Shown one piece after another: positions 55,874 through 64,000 of a DNA stretch of 64,000 bases. The notes beneath the pieces are model-generated. The model saw only the letters and a list, made by a program, of their open reading frames with translations, was not told the origin of the DNA and made no database searches. A program made the translations under genes and the position numbers. Source of the stretch: Ignavibacteria bacterium (GTDB lineage Bacteria; Bacteroidota; Ignavibacteria; Kapaibacteriales; UBA961). Location of the stretch: the NCBI GenBank assembly GCA_016873735.1, contig VGWD01000011.1:51-64050 (forward strand). The letters run 5' to 3'. Every line of letters starts with the position of its first letter. The first letter of the stretch is position 1.

Positions 55874-58800
55874 TCATCGAATGATATGTATCGGGAGAGC
55901 ATCCAGTAAACCGGATGTAGCCGACATGAGTTTCAAAATATATGCACCTGATTCAATCTGTGCTGGAATGGTGAATTGAACACTGTTATTACCAACAAAC
56001 ATAGGATATTTCATTATTGTGTGATTTCTTCCCACTTGATCGGTTAACATTATCATCATATCCGTAGTTTCGAAAGCCTCCACGGACATTTGCATGATAT
56101 CCTGAGCCGGCTGTGGGAAAACACTCTTGATCTTTGTCATTCTTTGACCTGTCAAGAACATATCCGGACAAATATTGGTCAATTGCAGAGATCCATTCAC
56201 GAAATTGGTTTGCATGCTTTTGCTGAAAAATGTGACTGAATCGGTGAAGTCCAATGGTGATTCATGAATAGTTGAAATTCCAACAAAACCGGAAATCACG
56301 CATAATGTCCCTGAATTGGGAATATCGCCTTCAAATCGTATTCTGATCGTCCGAATATCATCCCACACTTCACGAGATACGATGGAAACTCCACCGAATG
56401 TGCTTGTCACTGAATCAGGTAGAAATATTCCTTGATTTGATGTGAATTCCACTATTGCTTCTTGTTTACCAATATATGGATTGCGTTCATTCATAGAAAT
56501 AGTGATTGGAATCGACACTCTACCCCGTGGATCTGCTTTGACTTGAGGAAGCGTAATGGTGGCTTTGGCTGAATATGGAATGATGCGAATTGATTTTGCT
56601 GTGGCGCATGGATAAAATGAACATGACATGATTTCACCGGAATCAGGAAGCGCTCCGATGAATGTGATTGTAATGTCCTTTTGTGAACGAGGCGGAAGAA
56701 TCAAAGGCAATGTTGTGGCAAGCGTGAATGCCGTACCTGTTATTGCTACTGAGTCCAAGCGAACTTCATTCATCGATGCATTGGACAATGTGAAAGTTCT
56801 TTGTTTAAGCTCGGGGATACATGCAATCACATTTGGGACTGCAACATCTGTTCCATCTCCATACCCTTTCAACACAATGGGGACTTCATACAATGTCAGA
56901 CCCGAGTGATAAGCCAAAACTTCGATCAATTCCTCACCCAATTGTTTCGGGATGAATCTTACCTTAACAGACAAACTTTGACCGGGTAGCAGGATAGTAT
57001 CAGAAATGGTGGAGAGAATCTTGATTGCCGGCGATTTTGTCTGCAATCGATCGATGGTCACGGGAACGGGATCATCATTTCTGATCAATTCAATGTCAGT
57101 TTCAATCGTTTCATTCAAACAGGCAGGTCCGAGTTTTTTTCCTTGTGCAAGAGGATTGATGGAGCGCAATACTCCATTAGCCTTGATCGGGAGGAAGAAT
57201 TCTTGGGAACAAAAACCAAAAAACAGTGAATCAATCAATGGTCCATTATCACGCGCAAGAACTCTTATGTTTATATCGATGCATTCTCCGGGAGCGATTT
57301 TCACGGTATTCGGAATCTTTGAAATCAAAGAAAAATGTATTCCTTCTCTGAAATAAGCATAATCAATGAAGATGTCTCCTTTACCACCATTGCAAAGATT
57401 GACTTTCAAAACAGAATCAGTCGGATGCATCATGATTGCATCACCCAAATCAGCAGAAACAATAATCGGTTTCGATGGCTCTATGCGAATGAATGCTTTG
57501 GCTGTATCGGTTTCAGGAAATGCGAATTCCATTGTTTTGAGATTATCAGCACTGATGGCGGAGGATGCCAATGATTTTCCATCAGGACCATATTTCACAT
57601 CTGTAAGAAATCCCGAATGATTGGCCAATTGTCCCAAAAATACATTGGTTGGAAGACGCCATACCGAAATTTGCGGAAAACCTGCAAAACCTGTTGCAAG
57701 GAATTGATTTGTCGCATTGAAATCAAGCGCAATCACATCACTGGATGAATTACGCAAGGAACGCACGATTGTTTTTGATGCAATGTCGAATACATGCACT
57801 TCAGATGAAGCTGCACTGTACAAACTCGATTCACTAAGCATGGTGCCGGCTGCAAGAAATGCTCCATCACGAGACAATGACACTTTGGACATGATGGGCA
57901 AGGCAGGATTAGAGAGTGTTGTTATGATTGACATCGTATTGAGATCAATCACATGTATTGATCCATCCAGTAGAGCAATGCTTCCTTTATCTCCATTTCC
58001 CGGACTGAATGCCGTAATCGGCTCAGGAAATGCGAACCCTGTCACTTCTTTTCCATCCAAGATGGAGAGTTTCCGAATTGTTCTTCCACGTTTTGGAATG
58101 AGCAGTAGTTCATTCTTGATGCGATGTACCGAGCTTAGAATGGTCGAAGTAGAAATATTGCTTGAGAGAATCGGATCTAATTTACCTTTACTGAATAGTA
58201 CAAATGTTTCCTGACTTGTGGCAGGAGATCGATAAACTCCATAAACAAGCGAATCATTTACATATCCAATGCCAATCCACTGAATCTTGCTTACCGGAAA
58301 TGCTATGCCTGAAACCACGAATGTGTCGATCAGCATTCCATCAACTTTATTCCATTCAGCAATTTTTCCGGATTCATATCCTGCAATTAGTTTATCACCA
58401 ACGGAATTCCAATCAATAGTAGAAACGGGTGCTCGAAGTGCAGGATGGATTAGATTTTTTTGATCGAAATTTCCCAATTCCTGTCTTATGCGAATTCTTC
58501 CCGAATCAGTGATGATACCCGGTGTTTTCCATAAGAATGTGCTATCCATGCTGAAACCGAGCGTATCCCATGTTTTTCCATTGTCAGGTGTCCAATCAAC
58601 ATATGTTGGAGCACCAATGCGATACCCTTTCCACTTAACTGTATATGGAGCACAAGGAGTGAGAGTAATATTTGCATTTGGTTCGGTGATCTTAAGCGAG
58701 CGCGTTTCCGGCATGCCGAATCCATTGGCTCTCAAAAGCAGATAATCTTTTTGTCCGCCTTCATAATGGAGTACAGCATACTCTTTATAATATCCCGTTC

Positions 58801-59503
58801 TGGAAGGCTTGAAAATGATATCGAAGTAATATCCTACTGCGGGAGAAAGTCCGACAGGTGGAGGATTTGTGGACACATTGGATCCAATCCAACGATATGA
58901 AAAATCAGGATTGGAAAATGTGATTGAATCAAGTTGTGTGCTTTCTTCGACTCCGCGATTGTTTTTTTTGGAGGCGATTGCTCTCACAAGTAATGTAGTA
59001 TAATCGGAGGAACCGGGCATTACAGCAGAACCAAAGTTGAATTCTTCGATTTGAATGCCGAAAGGATCGCAGAATCGCGCTTGGCTGATATTGCCACGAT
59101 CATGCTTACCCAATGGACTTGAACCTGTTCCGGTATTTGTGGCGATTATGAATTCCGCTCGATTTGCACCCTCTGAACGCGTCATCCAAATAACTGCTTG
59201 ATACCCTTGTGCATCGGGTTGTCCTACGGAGATGGCTTTGGAACTGAAATTACTTTCTATGATGGATAATTCTGATTTGGCGAATGCATAAGGATTGCCA
59301 TTCACGTTGGCTCGAAGCCATGCGCGCAAAATAGGATAATTTAGTGTATCTATCGTGATGCCATTTGGACGCAAATCACGAATTTCGACAGACACCTGTG
59401 CGAGGGCAGGTGTGAGCATTAGAATCCATGTAGTGAAAAATGCAATGCAGCGAAAGATTGACATAAGTGCCGAAGAAAAATACGTGCTCTGTTTACGTTT
59501 CAA
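55874..59503 (-). CDS. Large secreted multidomain protein: Ig-like + WD40 beta-propeller + ASH/choice-of-anchor-D-like repeats + T9SS CTD
   Basis: Signal peptide; WD-like repeats (VSTIDWN, VIALDFN, LTDVKYGPDG); PG.S..V.VRF.P Ig modules; C-terminal VFPQPA...DQVGR...SGAYILKL. Confidence 0.8.
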   Translation of the reverse strand: MKRKQSTYFSSALMSIFRCIAFFTTWILMLTPALAQVSVEIRDLRPNGITIDTLNYPILRAWLRANVNGNPYAFAKSELSIIESNFSSKAISVGQPDAQGYQAVIWMTRSEGANRAEFIIATNTGTGSSPLGKHDRGNISQARFCDPFGIQIEEFNFGSAVMPGSSDYTTLLVRAIASKKNNRGVEESTQLDSITFSNPDFSYRWIGSNVSTNPPPVGLSPAVGYYFDIIFKPSRTGYYKEYAVLHYEGGQKDYLLLRANGFGMPETRSLKITEPNANITLTPCAPYTVKWKGYRIGAPTYVDWTPDNGKTWDTLGFSMDSTFLWKTPGIITDSGRIRIRQELGNFDQKNLIHPALRAPVSTIDWNSVGDKLIAGYESGKIAEWNKVDGMLIDTFVVSGIAFPVSKIQWIGIGYVNDSLVYGVYRSPATSQETFVLFSKGKLDPILSSNISTSTILSSVHRIKNELLLIPKRGRTIRKLSILDGKEVTGFAFPEPITAFSPGNGDKGSIALLDGSIHVIDLNTMSIITTLSNPALPIMSKVSLSRDGAFLAAGTMLSESSLYSAASSEVHVFDIASKTIVRSLRNSSSDVIALDFNATNQFLATGFAGFPQISVWRLPTNVFLGQLANHSGFLTDVKYGPDGKSLASSAISADNLKTMEFAFPETDTAKAFIRIEPSKPIIVSADLGDAIMMHPTDSVLKVNLCNGGKGDIFIDYAYFREGIHFSLISKIPNTVKIAPGECIDINIRVLARDNGPLIDSLFFGFCSQEFFLPIKANGVLRSINPLAQGKKLGPACLNETIETDIELIRNDDPVPVTIDRLQTKSPAIKILSTISDTILLPGQSLSVKVRFIPKQLGEELIEVLAYHSGLTLYEVPIVLKGYGDGTDVAVPNVIACIPELKQRTFTLSNASMNEVRLDSVAITGTAFTLATTLPLILPPRSQKDITITFIGALPDSGEIMSCSFYPCATAKSIRIIPYSAKATITLPQVKADPRGRVSIPITISMNERNPYIGKQEAIVEFTSNQGIFLPDSVTSTFGGVSIVSREVWDDIRTIRIRFEGDIPNSGTLCVISGFVGISTIHESPLDFTDSVTFFSKSMQTNFVNGSLQLTNICPDMFLTGQRMTKIKSVFPQPAQDIMQMSVEAFETTDMMIMLTDQVGRNHTIMKYPMFVGNNSVQFTIPAQIESGAYILKLMSATSGLLDALPIHIIR

Positions 59504-59799
59504 GTTTCGAGAGGTTTCACTTCTGTTCTATCATTCAGAAAAAACACTTTGAAGAACAAAAGATCCGGAATGATCACAAGAACAAGTGATCCCGTATCAC
59601 GGGTGAACCATGTTGTGAACCCTTCCGGAGGCATTAGTGCCCTGATGATTTGACCTGTAAGAGTCCACATGATGATGAACACCAAAAAGAAAATCGCTAT
59701 CGCCATGAGTCCTTCTCGCAATTTGCCTTCTTGCCAACGTTTGGTGAAGGCATAGAGTCCGGCCATGGCATGCACATGGAAAACGAATAATTCAATCAT
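59500..59799 (-). CDS. Small hypothetical membrane protein
   Basis: About three hydrophobic helices; overlaps the start of the downstream gene. Confidence 0.7.
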   Translation of the reverse strand: MIELFVFHVHAMAGLYAFTKRWQEGKLREGLMAIAIFFLVFIIMWTLTGQIIRALMPPEGFTTWFTRDTGSLVLVIIPDLLFFKVFFLNDRTEVKPLET

Positions 59800-59836
59800 G
59801 ATAGTTCAATAATTATTCATAAATCTTTGTAAAACT

Positions 59837-60163
59837 ATGGAATTGCCCATGAAATTCTGCCAAGTGTGCACAAGTCTCTCGGACATTGACAAGGCAACCG
59901 AGATGGCTCGTGAATCAATAAACCATAAGCTCGCCTTTTGTTGCTGGATACGTCCAAAGCATATGGCCATGTATCCTTGGAAAGGTGAATTATGTGAGGA
60001 ATCTGAATATGAGGTTGTGTTCAAGACAAATAATGTGAACTTAGAGCAATTGACAGCTTTGATACGGGGCATGCATCCTTATGAAACCCCTTATATCGCA
60101 AGTTTTCATGGGGATATATTGCATGTTGGCTATGCGCAGTGGGCGGAGACTATTGTTACATAA
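59837..60163 (+). CDS. cutA: Divalent-cation tolerance protein CutA
   Basis: LAFC, YPWKG.L.EE.E..V.FKT, HPYETP.I. Confidence 0.92.
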   Translation: MELPMKFCQVCTSLSDIDKATEMARESINHKLAFCCWIRPKHMAMYPWKGELCEESEYEVVFKTNNVNLEQLTALIRGMHPYETPYIASFHGDILHVGYAQWAETIVT

Positions 60164-60173
60164 GGGGGAATTC

Positions 60174-60914
60174 ATGGAACGGAGTACAGGCAAGAATCAG
60201 GGGGTGCCGATGATATCGGATAACATACGCGCGGCGAAGTCCATTCGAGAATGGAGAGAAGATGAAAGGCCAAGAGAACGAATGTTGCGATTCGGATCAA
60301 GTTGTTTGAGTGACAGCGAATTATTGGCAATTTTGATTGGGACGGGATCGCATGGTTCTTCTGCTTTGGACATTGGAAGAAGCATGCTTGACGCATATGG
60401 ATCCATACAAGATTTGGGATCTCGAACGGTGCAGGAATTATGCGGTGTAAAGGGAATGGGGATGGCAAAAGCCATTGGAATAGCTGCTGCATTTGAGCTC
60501 AGCAGACGATATCAGCAGGAGGCATTCAATCCGGCAATGATATTGCAATCTCCGGACGATGTGGCGAAGTATTTCATACCGAGAATGCGGGGTGCGCGAA
60601 CCGAGAGTTTTTACATTGCATTATTAAATAGTTCAAACATTGTATTTTCAACAAAGAAAATCAGTGAGGGCTCATTAAATTCGAGCATCGTTCATCCTCG
60701 AGAGGTCTTTCGAGTGGCGATCATAGAGAGTGCTGCATCCATCATTGCTTTGCACAATCATCCCTCGGGAAACACCGAGCCGAGCAATGAAGATATATCG
60801 CTTACGGAACAATTGCGTCAGGTTGGAACAATGATGCATATTCCATTGCTAGATCATCTTATCATTGCAGGAGATTCATTCACCAGTTTGCGCGAACGCG
60901 GATATTTTCCTTAG
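60174..60914 (+). CDS. radC: RadC / JAB-domain protein
   Basis: ERPRER, LSDSELLAIL, VHPREVF, HNHPSG..PS.ED, LLDHLII. Start moved to ATG 60174 (60210 possible). Confidence 0.96.
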   Translation: MERSTGKNQGVPMISDNIRAAKSIREWREDERPRERMLRFGSSCLSDSELLAILIGTGSHGSSALDIGRSMLDAYGSIQDLGSRTVQELCGVKGMGMAKAIGIAAAFELSRRYQQEAFNPAMILQSPDDVAKYFIPRMRGARTESFYIALLNSSNIVFSTKKISEGSLNSSIVHPREVFRVAIIESAASIIALHNHPSGNTEPSNEDISLTEQLRQVGTMMHIPLLDHLIIAGDSFTSLRERGYFP

Positions 60915-60922
60915 GAAAGAAG

Positions 60923-61501
60923 ATGGGATTTTCAATCATCGAAACATATTTTGATGCAATCATTCTCATTCAAGCAGATGTCTATGAAGATGAGCGAGGA
61001 ATATTCATGGAGAGTTATCAACGTGAAGCATTTCGAGCATTGGGAATAGATGAAGAATTTGTTCAGGAGAATCATTCAGTTTCCGCATTGGGAGTAATTC
61101 GGGGCATGCATTTTCAATGGGACAAGCCAATGGGTAAATTGCTTCGCGTCACTTCGGGAAGGGCTCATGTGAAAGAAATTGATATAAGAAAGAATTCACC
61201 GACATTGGGTCAATCCATGCATGTGGAATTACGTGCAAGTGAACCACATTTACTCTGGGTCCCCCCCGGTTTTGCCAATGGATTTATGTCCATGGAACAT
61301 GGAACAGAGATGGTCTATAAATGTTCGGCGAAATATAATCCAAGGGCGGAGTCGTGCATAGCTTGGAATGATCCGGCTTTGGCTTTGGAATGGCCTGTTC
61401 ATGAGATAGACACTGAGCCGATTCTATCAATTAAAGACATACAAGCACAAACACTAGCGGAATGGCTGCAAAGACCCGATTCATCAGCATTCAAGGTATG
61501 A
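60923..61501 (+). CDS. rfbC: dTDP-4-dehydrorhamnose 3,5-epimerase
   Basis: DERG.F.ESY, FVQENHS.S, RGMHFQ, DIRK.SPT, VPPGFA.GF, WNDP. Confidence 0.95.
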   Translation: MGFSIIETYFDAIILIQADVYEDERGIFMESYQREAFRALGIDEEFVQENHSVSALGVIRGMHFQWDKPMGKLLRVTSGRAHVKEIDIRKNSPTLGQSMHVELRASEPHLLWVPPGFANGFMSMEHGTEMVYKCSAKYNPRAESCIAWNDPALALEWPVHEIDTEPILSIKDIQAQTLAEWLQRPDSSAFKV

Positions 61502-61577
61502 CTCAGGACATCCCGAAATTCCTTTTTGCAAATCTCCCCAAATTCCCTATTTTCGCCATCTATTCTTTACTGAATAA

Positions 61578-61650
<73 letters not shown>

Positions 61651-61660
61651 CGACAAAAGC

Positions 61661-61686
61661 AAAGGCATCCCATTGGGATGCCTTTT
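61661..61686 (+). terminator. Intrinsic terminator after tRNA-Phe
   Basis: AAAGGCATCC-CATTG-GGATGCCTTT then T-rich tail. Confidence 0.85.
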
Positions 61687-62110
61687 GTGTTTTGTGGTAT
61701 GTGATAGAAAAAACAGAAACATGAATTGAGTTATGCTTAAGCAGATTCATATTATGGCTCTATTTGATAGATATCTCCTTATTTCTATCTTTTTATCAAA
61801 AACAAGGAGTAATCACCTCATTTTCACATAAAATCACTCATTTCCCTGTTCATTTACTCAATCTCTTTTCTTATTTTGTCTTCCAACAACTCCTTGCCTG
61901 TCACCATGTTCGAAGCAGCATTCGATCATTCAAGGAAATTCATAAGCTCTTGATGAAGTAGATTTGATGATTTGCATCCAATCTTCAATTTCATTGAGTA
62001 TACATTCAGGACAGGCATATGCTTTTACAGCACAGCCACAATCTAATCCAATCTACAAGTCTGTTCTTTCAGAACATTCATTCAATTTTACTCACAAGCG
62101 GAGAGCATGT

Positions 62111-64000
62111 ATGAAGTATTTCGTACGAGTTTGTTCCATGTTGTGTTTTTTGGTAGTGACTTCCGTCACGGCCATTGCACAAGGTGTCCTTAGCGGACAA
62201 ATCGCAGGGCCTGATGGCCAGCCGGTACCGGGCGTTGCAGTTAAGCTCACAAAAGGCAATGCAAGCAAAGGTGGATTTTCCGATTCAAGAGGTCGCTACT
62301 CAATCAAGAATTTGGAAAATGGAAATTATGGTGTTTCATTTAGTTGTGTCGGCTATGAAAAGCAAGATGCAACTGTAAATGTTTCCGGTGCAACTACACT
62401 CAATGCGAAGCTAAAAGAAACTTCTATTGACATGGATGTGACTGTTATTACTGCATCACGCGTTCAACAAAAAGCTTCGGAAGCTCCTGCATCAGTTTCC
62501 GTGATTGAGCCAAGGGCTATCCGTGAAGCGCCAAAGAATACGCCGGTTGAGCATTTGCGTGGTATCACCGGTGTTGACTATTCACAAACAGGTATTGCTC
62601 AGCAAAGCGTGAGTGTTCGTGGATTCAACAATGTGTTCACGGGTGCTTTGCAAACATTGACAGATTATCGTCTTTCAGGAGTTCCAAGTTTACGCGTGAA
62701 TGTCGGCTACTTTATTCCTGCTTCAAATGAAGACATCGAGCGTATTGAATTGGTACGTGGTCCGGCATCTGCATTGTATGGTCCGAATGCTGCACAAGGT
62801 GTTTTGAATATCATCACTCGTTCCCCATTTGCTTCACAAGGTACTACTGTATTTCTCGCAGGCGGTCTGCAGAATCTCATGAATATGGGTATTCGTCATG
62901 CAGGTACATTGAGTGATGATTTTGGATATAAAATTTCAGGACAATATTTCTCTGCCAATGACTGGGCATTCGAAGATCCCGTTGAAGCAGCGAATCGTAC
63001 CGCCGCATTGAAGCCGGGTGTGGATCCTGATACATTGAAAATCGGAAATCGCAAGAATACACATGAACGCTTCAATGTAGATGCAGGTGTGTATTATAAT
63101 TTGGGTGAGAATACCATGTTTCAATTGAATACAGGTGTTTCTCAATCACTCAATACAATTGAAATGACAGGTCTTGGGGCTGCACTTGGTAGAGACTGGA
63201 GATATTCCTATGTGAATGCACAGCTCACATCCGATGATTTATTCGCTCAAGTTTTTTACAATATGAGTGATGCCGGTCAAACATATTTCCTTCGTACAGG
63301 TAATCCGATTGTCGACAAATCAACATTGCTTGGTGCTCGCTTACAGCATGCTTATAAACTCAATGATGATATTCGCTTCACCTATGGCGCCGATTTCTTC
63401 TCAACAAATCCCGTCACGGAAGGAACAATCAATGGCGTGAATGAAGACAATGATGCATATACAGAAATGGGCGCATATCTTCAGGCAGATGTGAAGCTTA
63501 TGAAAAATTTGTCATTCCTTGGCGCTGTTCGTGGTGACAGACATTCCATCATCGATGAATTGGTATTGTCTCCACGTGTTGCAATGATGTACAAACTTGA
63601 TGAGAATTCAACAGTACGCGCAACATTCAATCAAGCATTTAGCAATCCCGGAACAAATGACTTGTTCTTGGACTTGCTCTCAACAAAAGATGCATTTGGT
63701 TTAAGTGCTGCAAATCCGGCATTCGCAGTTGGTGTATGGGGTGCTTCAGCGGGTAGAAATGGATATACATATAATCGTGATGGTGGCGTCCTACGCTATA
63801 TCTCACAATTCGATCCATCAAGAGCTAATTGGATGCCAACAACCAATGTTGCAAATATGTGGCAAACAGTGACAGCAGTGATCACAGCAAATCCTGCTCT
63901 CGCTCCTCTCAAGGCATTGCTTACTTCACTAATACCTGCTCCGACTTCAATTGGTGGTTCAATCGCAGCATTGAATCCAACAACAAGACAATTTATACCA
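62111..64000 (+). CDS. TonB-dependent receptor with N-terminal carboxypeptidase-regulatory-like domain (3' truncated by window; absent from ORF track)
   Basis: Own translation of the N-terminal part: MKYFVRVCSMLCFLVVTSVTAIAQG signal, SCVGY, TVITASR TonB box, SVRGFN, IERIELVRGPASALYGPNAAQGVLNIITR plug motif. Absence from the track is consistent with no stop before the window end. Confidence 0.95.
   Translation, partial: MKYFVRVCSMLCFLVVTSVTAIAQGVLSGQIAGPDGQPVPGVAVKLTKGNASKGGFSDSRGRYSIKNLENGNYGVSFSCVGYEKQDATVNVSGATTLNAKLKETSIDMDVTVITASRVQQKASEAPASVSVIEPRAIREAPKNTPVEHLRGITGVDYSQTGIAQQSVSVRGFNNVFTGALQTLTDYRLSGVPSLRVNVGYFIPASNEDIERIELVRGPASALYGPNAAQGVLNIITRSPFASQGTTVFLAGGLQNLMNMGIRHAGTLSDDFGYKISGQYFSANDWAFEDPVEAANRTAALKPGVDPDTLKIGNRKNTHERFNVDAGVYYNLGENTMFQLNTGVSQSLNTIEMTGLGAALGRDWRYSYVNAQLTSDDLFAQVFYNMSDAGQTYFLRTGNPIVDKSTLLGARLQHAYKLNDDIRFTYGADFFSTNPVTEGTINGVNEDNDAYTEMGAYLQADVKLMKNLSFLGAVRGDRHSIIDELVLSPRVAMMYKLDENSTVRATFNQAFSNPGTNDLFLDLLSTKDAFGLSAANPAFAVGVWGASAGRNGYTYNRDGGVLRYISQFDPSRANWMPTTNVANMWQTVTAVITANPALAPLKALLTSLIPAPTSIGGSIAALNPTTRQFIP

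Overview
A 64 kb stretch of bacterial chromosome, mostly housekeeping genes in scrambled order. It most likely comes from the FCB superphylum, near Ca. Kapabacteria/Ignavibacteria/Chlorobi. That placement is inferred from type IX secretion (T9SS) C-terminal domains, Bacteroidota-type TAnnTTTG promoter elements, a CruA-type lycopene cyclase, ClpC and Shine-Dalgarno use at some genes. The window has about 50 CDSs (glmS, pgk, ispG, purM, rplS, ald, ccmCDE, tsaD, mutS2, uvrA, gyrB, trmO, phoD, rqcH, clpC, kbl, folK, folB, cutA, radC, rfbC and others), one tRNA-Phe(GAA), several intrinsic terminators and one doubly disrupted transglutaminase-like pseudogene. Two genes are missing from the ORF track: ccmD and a TonB-dependent receptor that runs off the right end. 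I saw no CRISPR array, integrase, transposase or prophage. The most notable signals are: (1) a cytochrome b that keeps the four heme-bL His/Gly residues and a Qo-site motif but has lost both His ligands and both packing Gly of heme bH, with an orphan Tat-exported Rieske protein 6.5 kb away, a candidate single-heme Rieske/cyt b system without a Q-cycle; (2) a variant Ccm cluster with Cys-type CcmE, a His-rich CcmE paralogue lacking the heme-attachment motif, and a CcmC with an inserted OB-like domain; (3) an AT-rich YARHG gene bracketed by inverted copies of two REP/REPIN-like modules; (4) a candidate SD-sequestering switch in the glmS leader and a candidate ~78-nt small RNA after ispG. All family calls come from motif recognition by eye; no database search was run.
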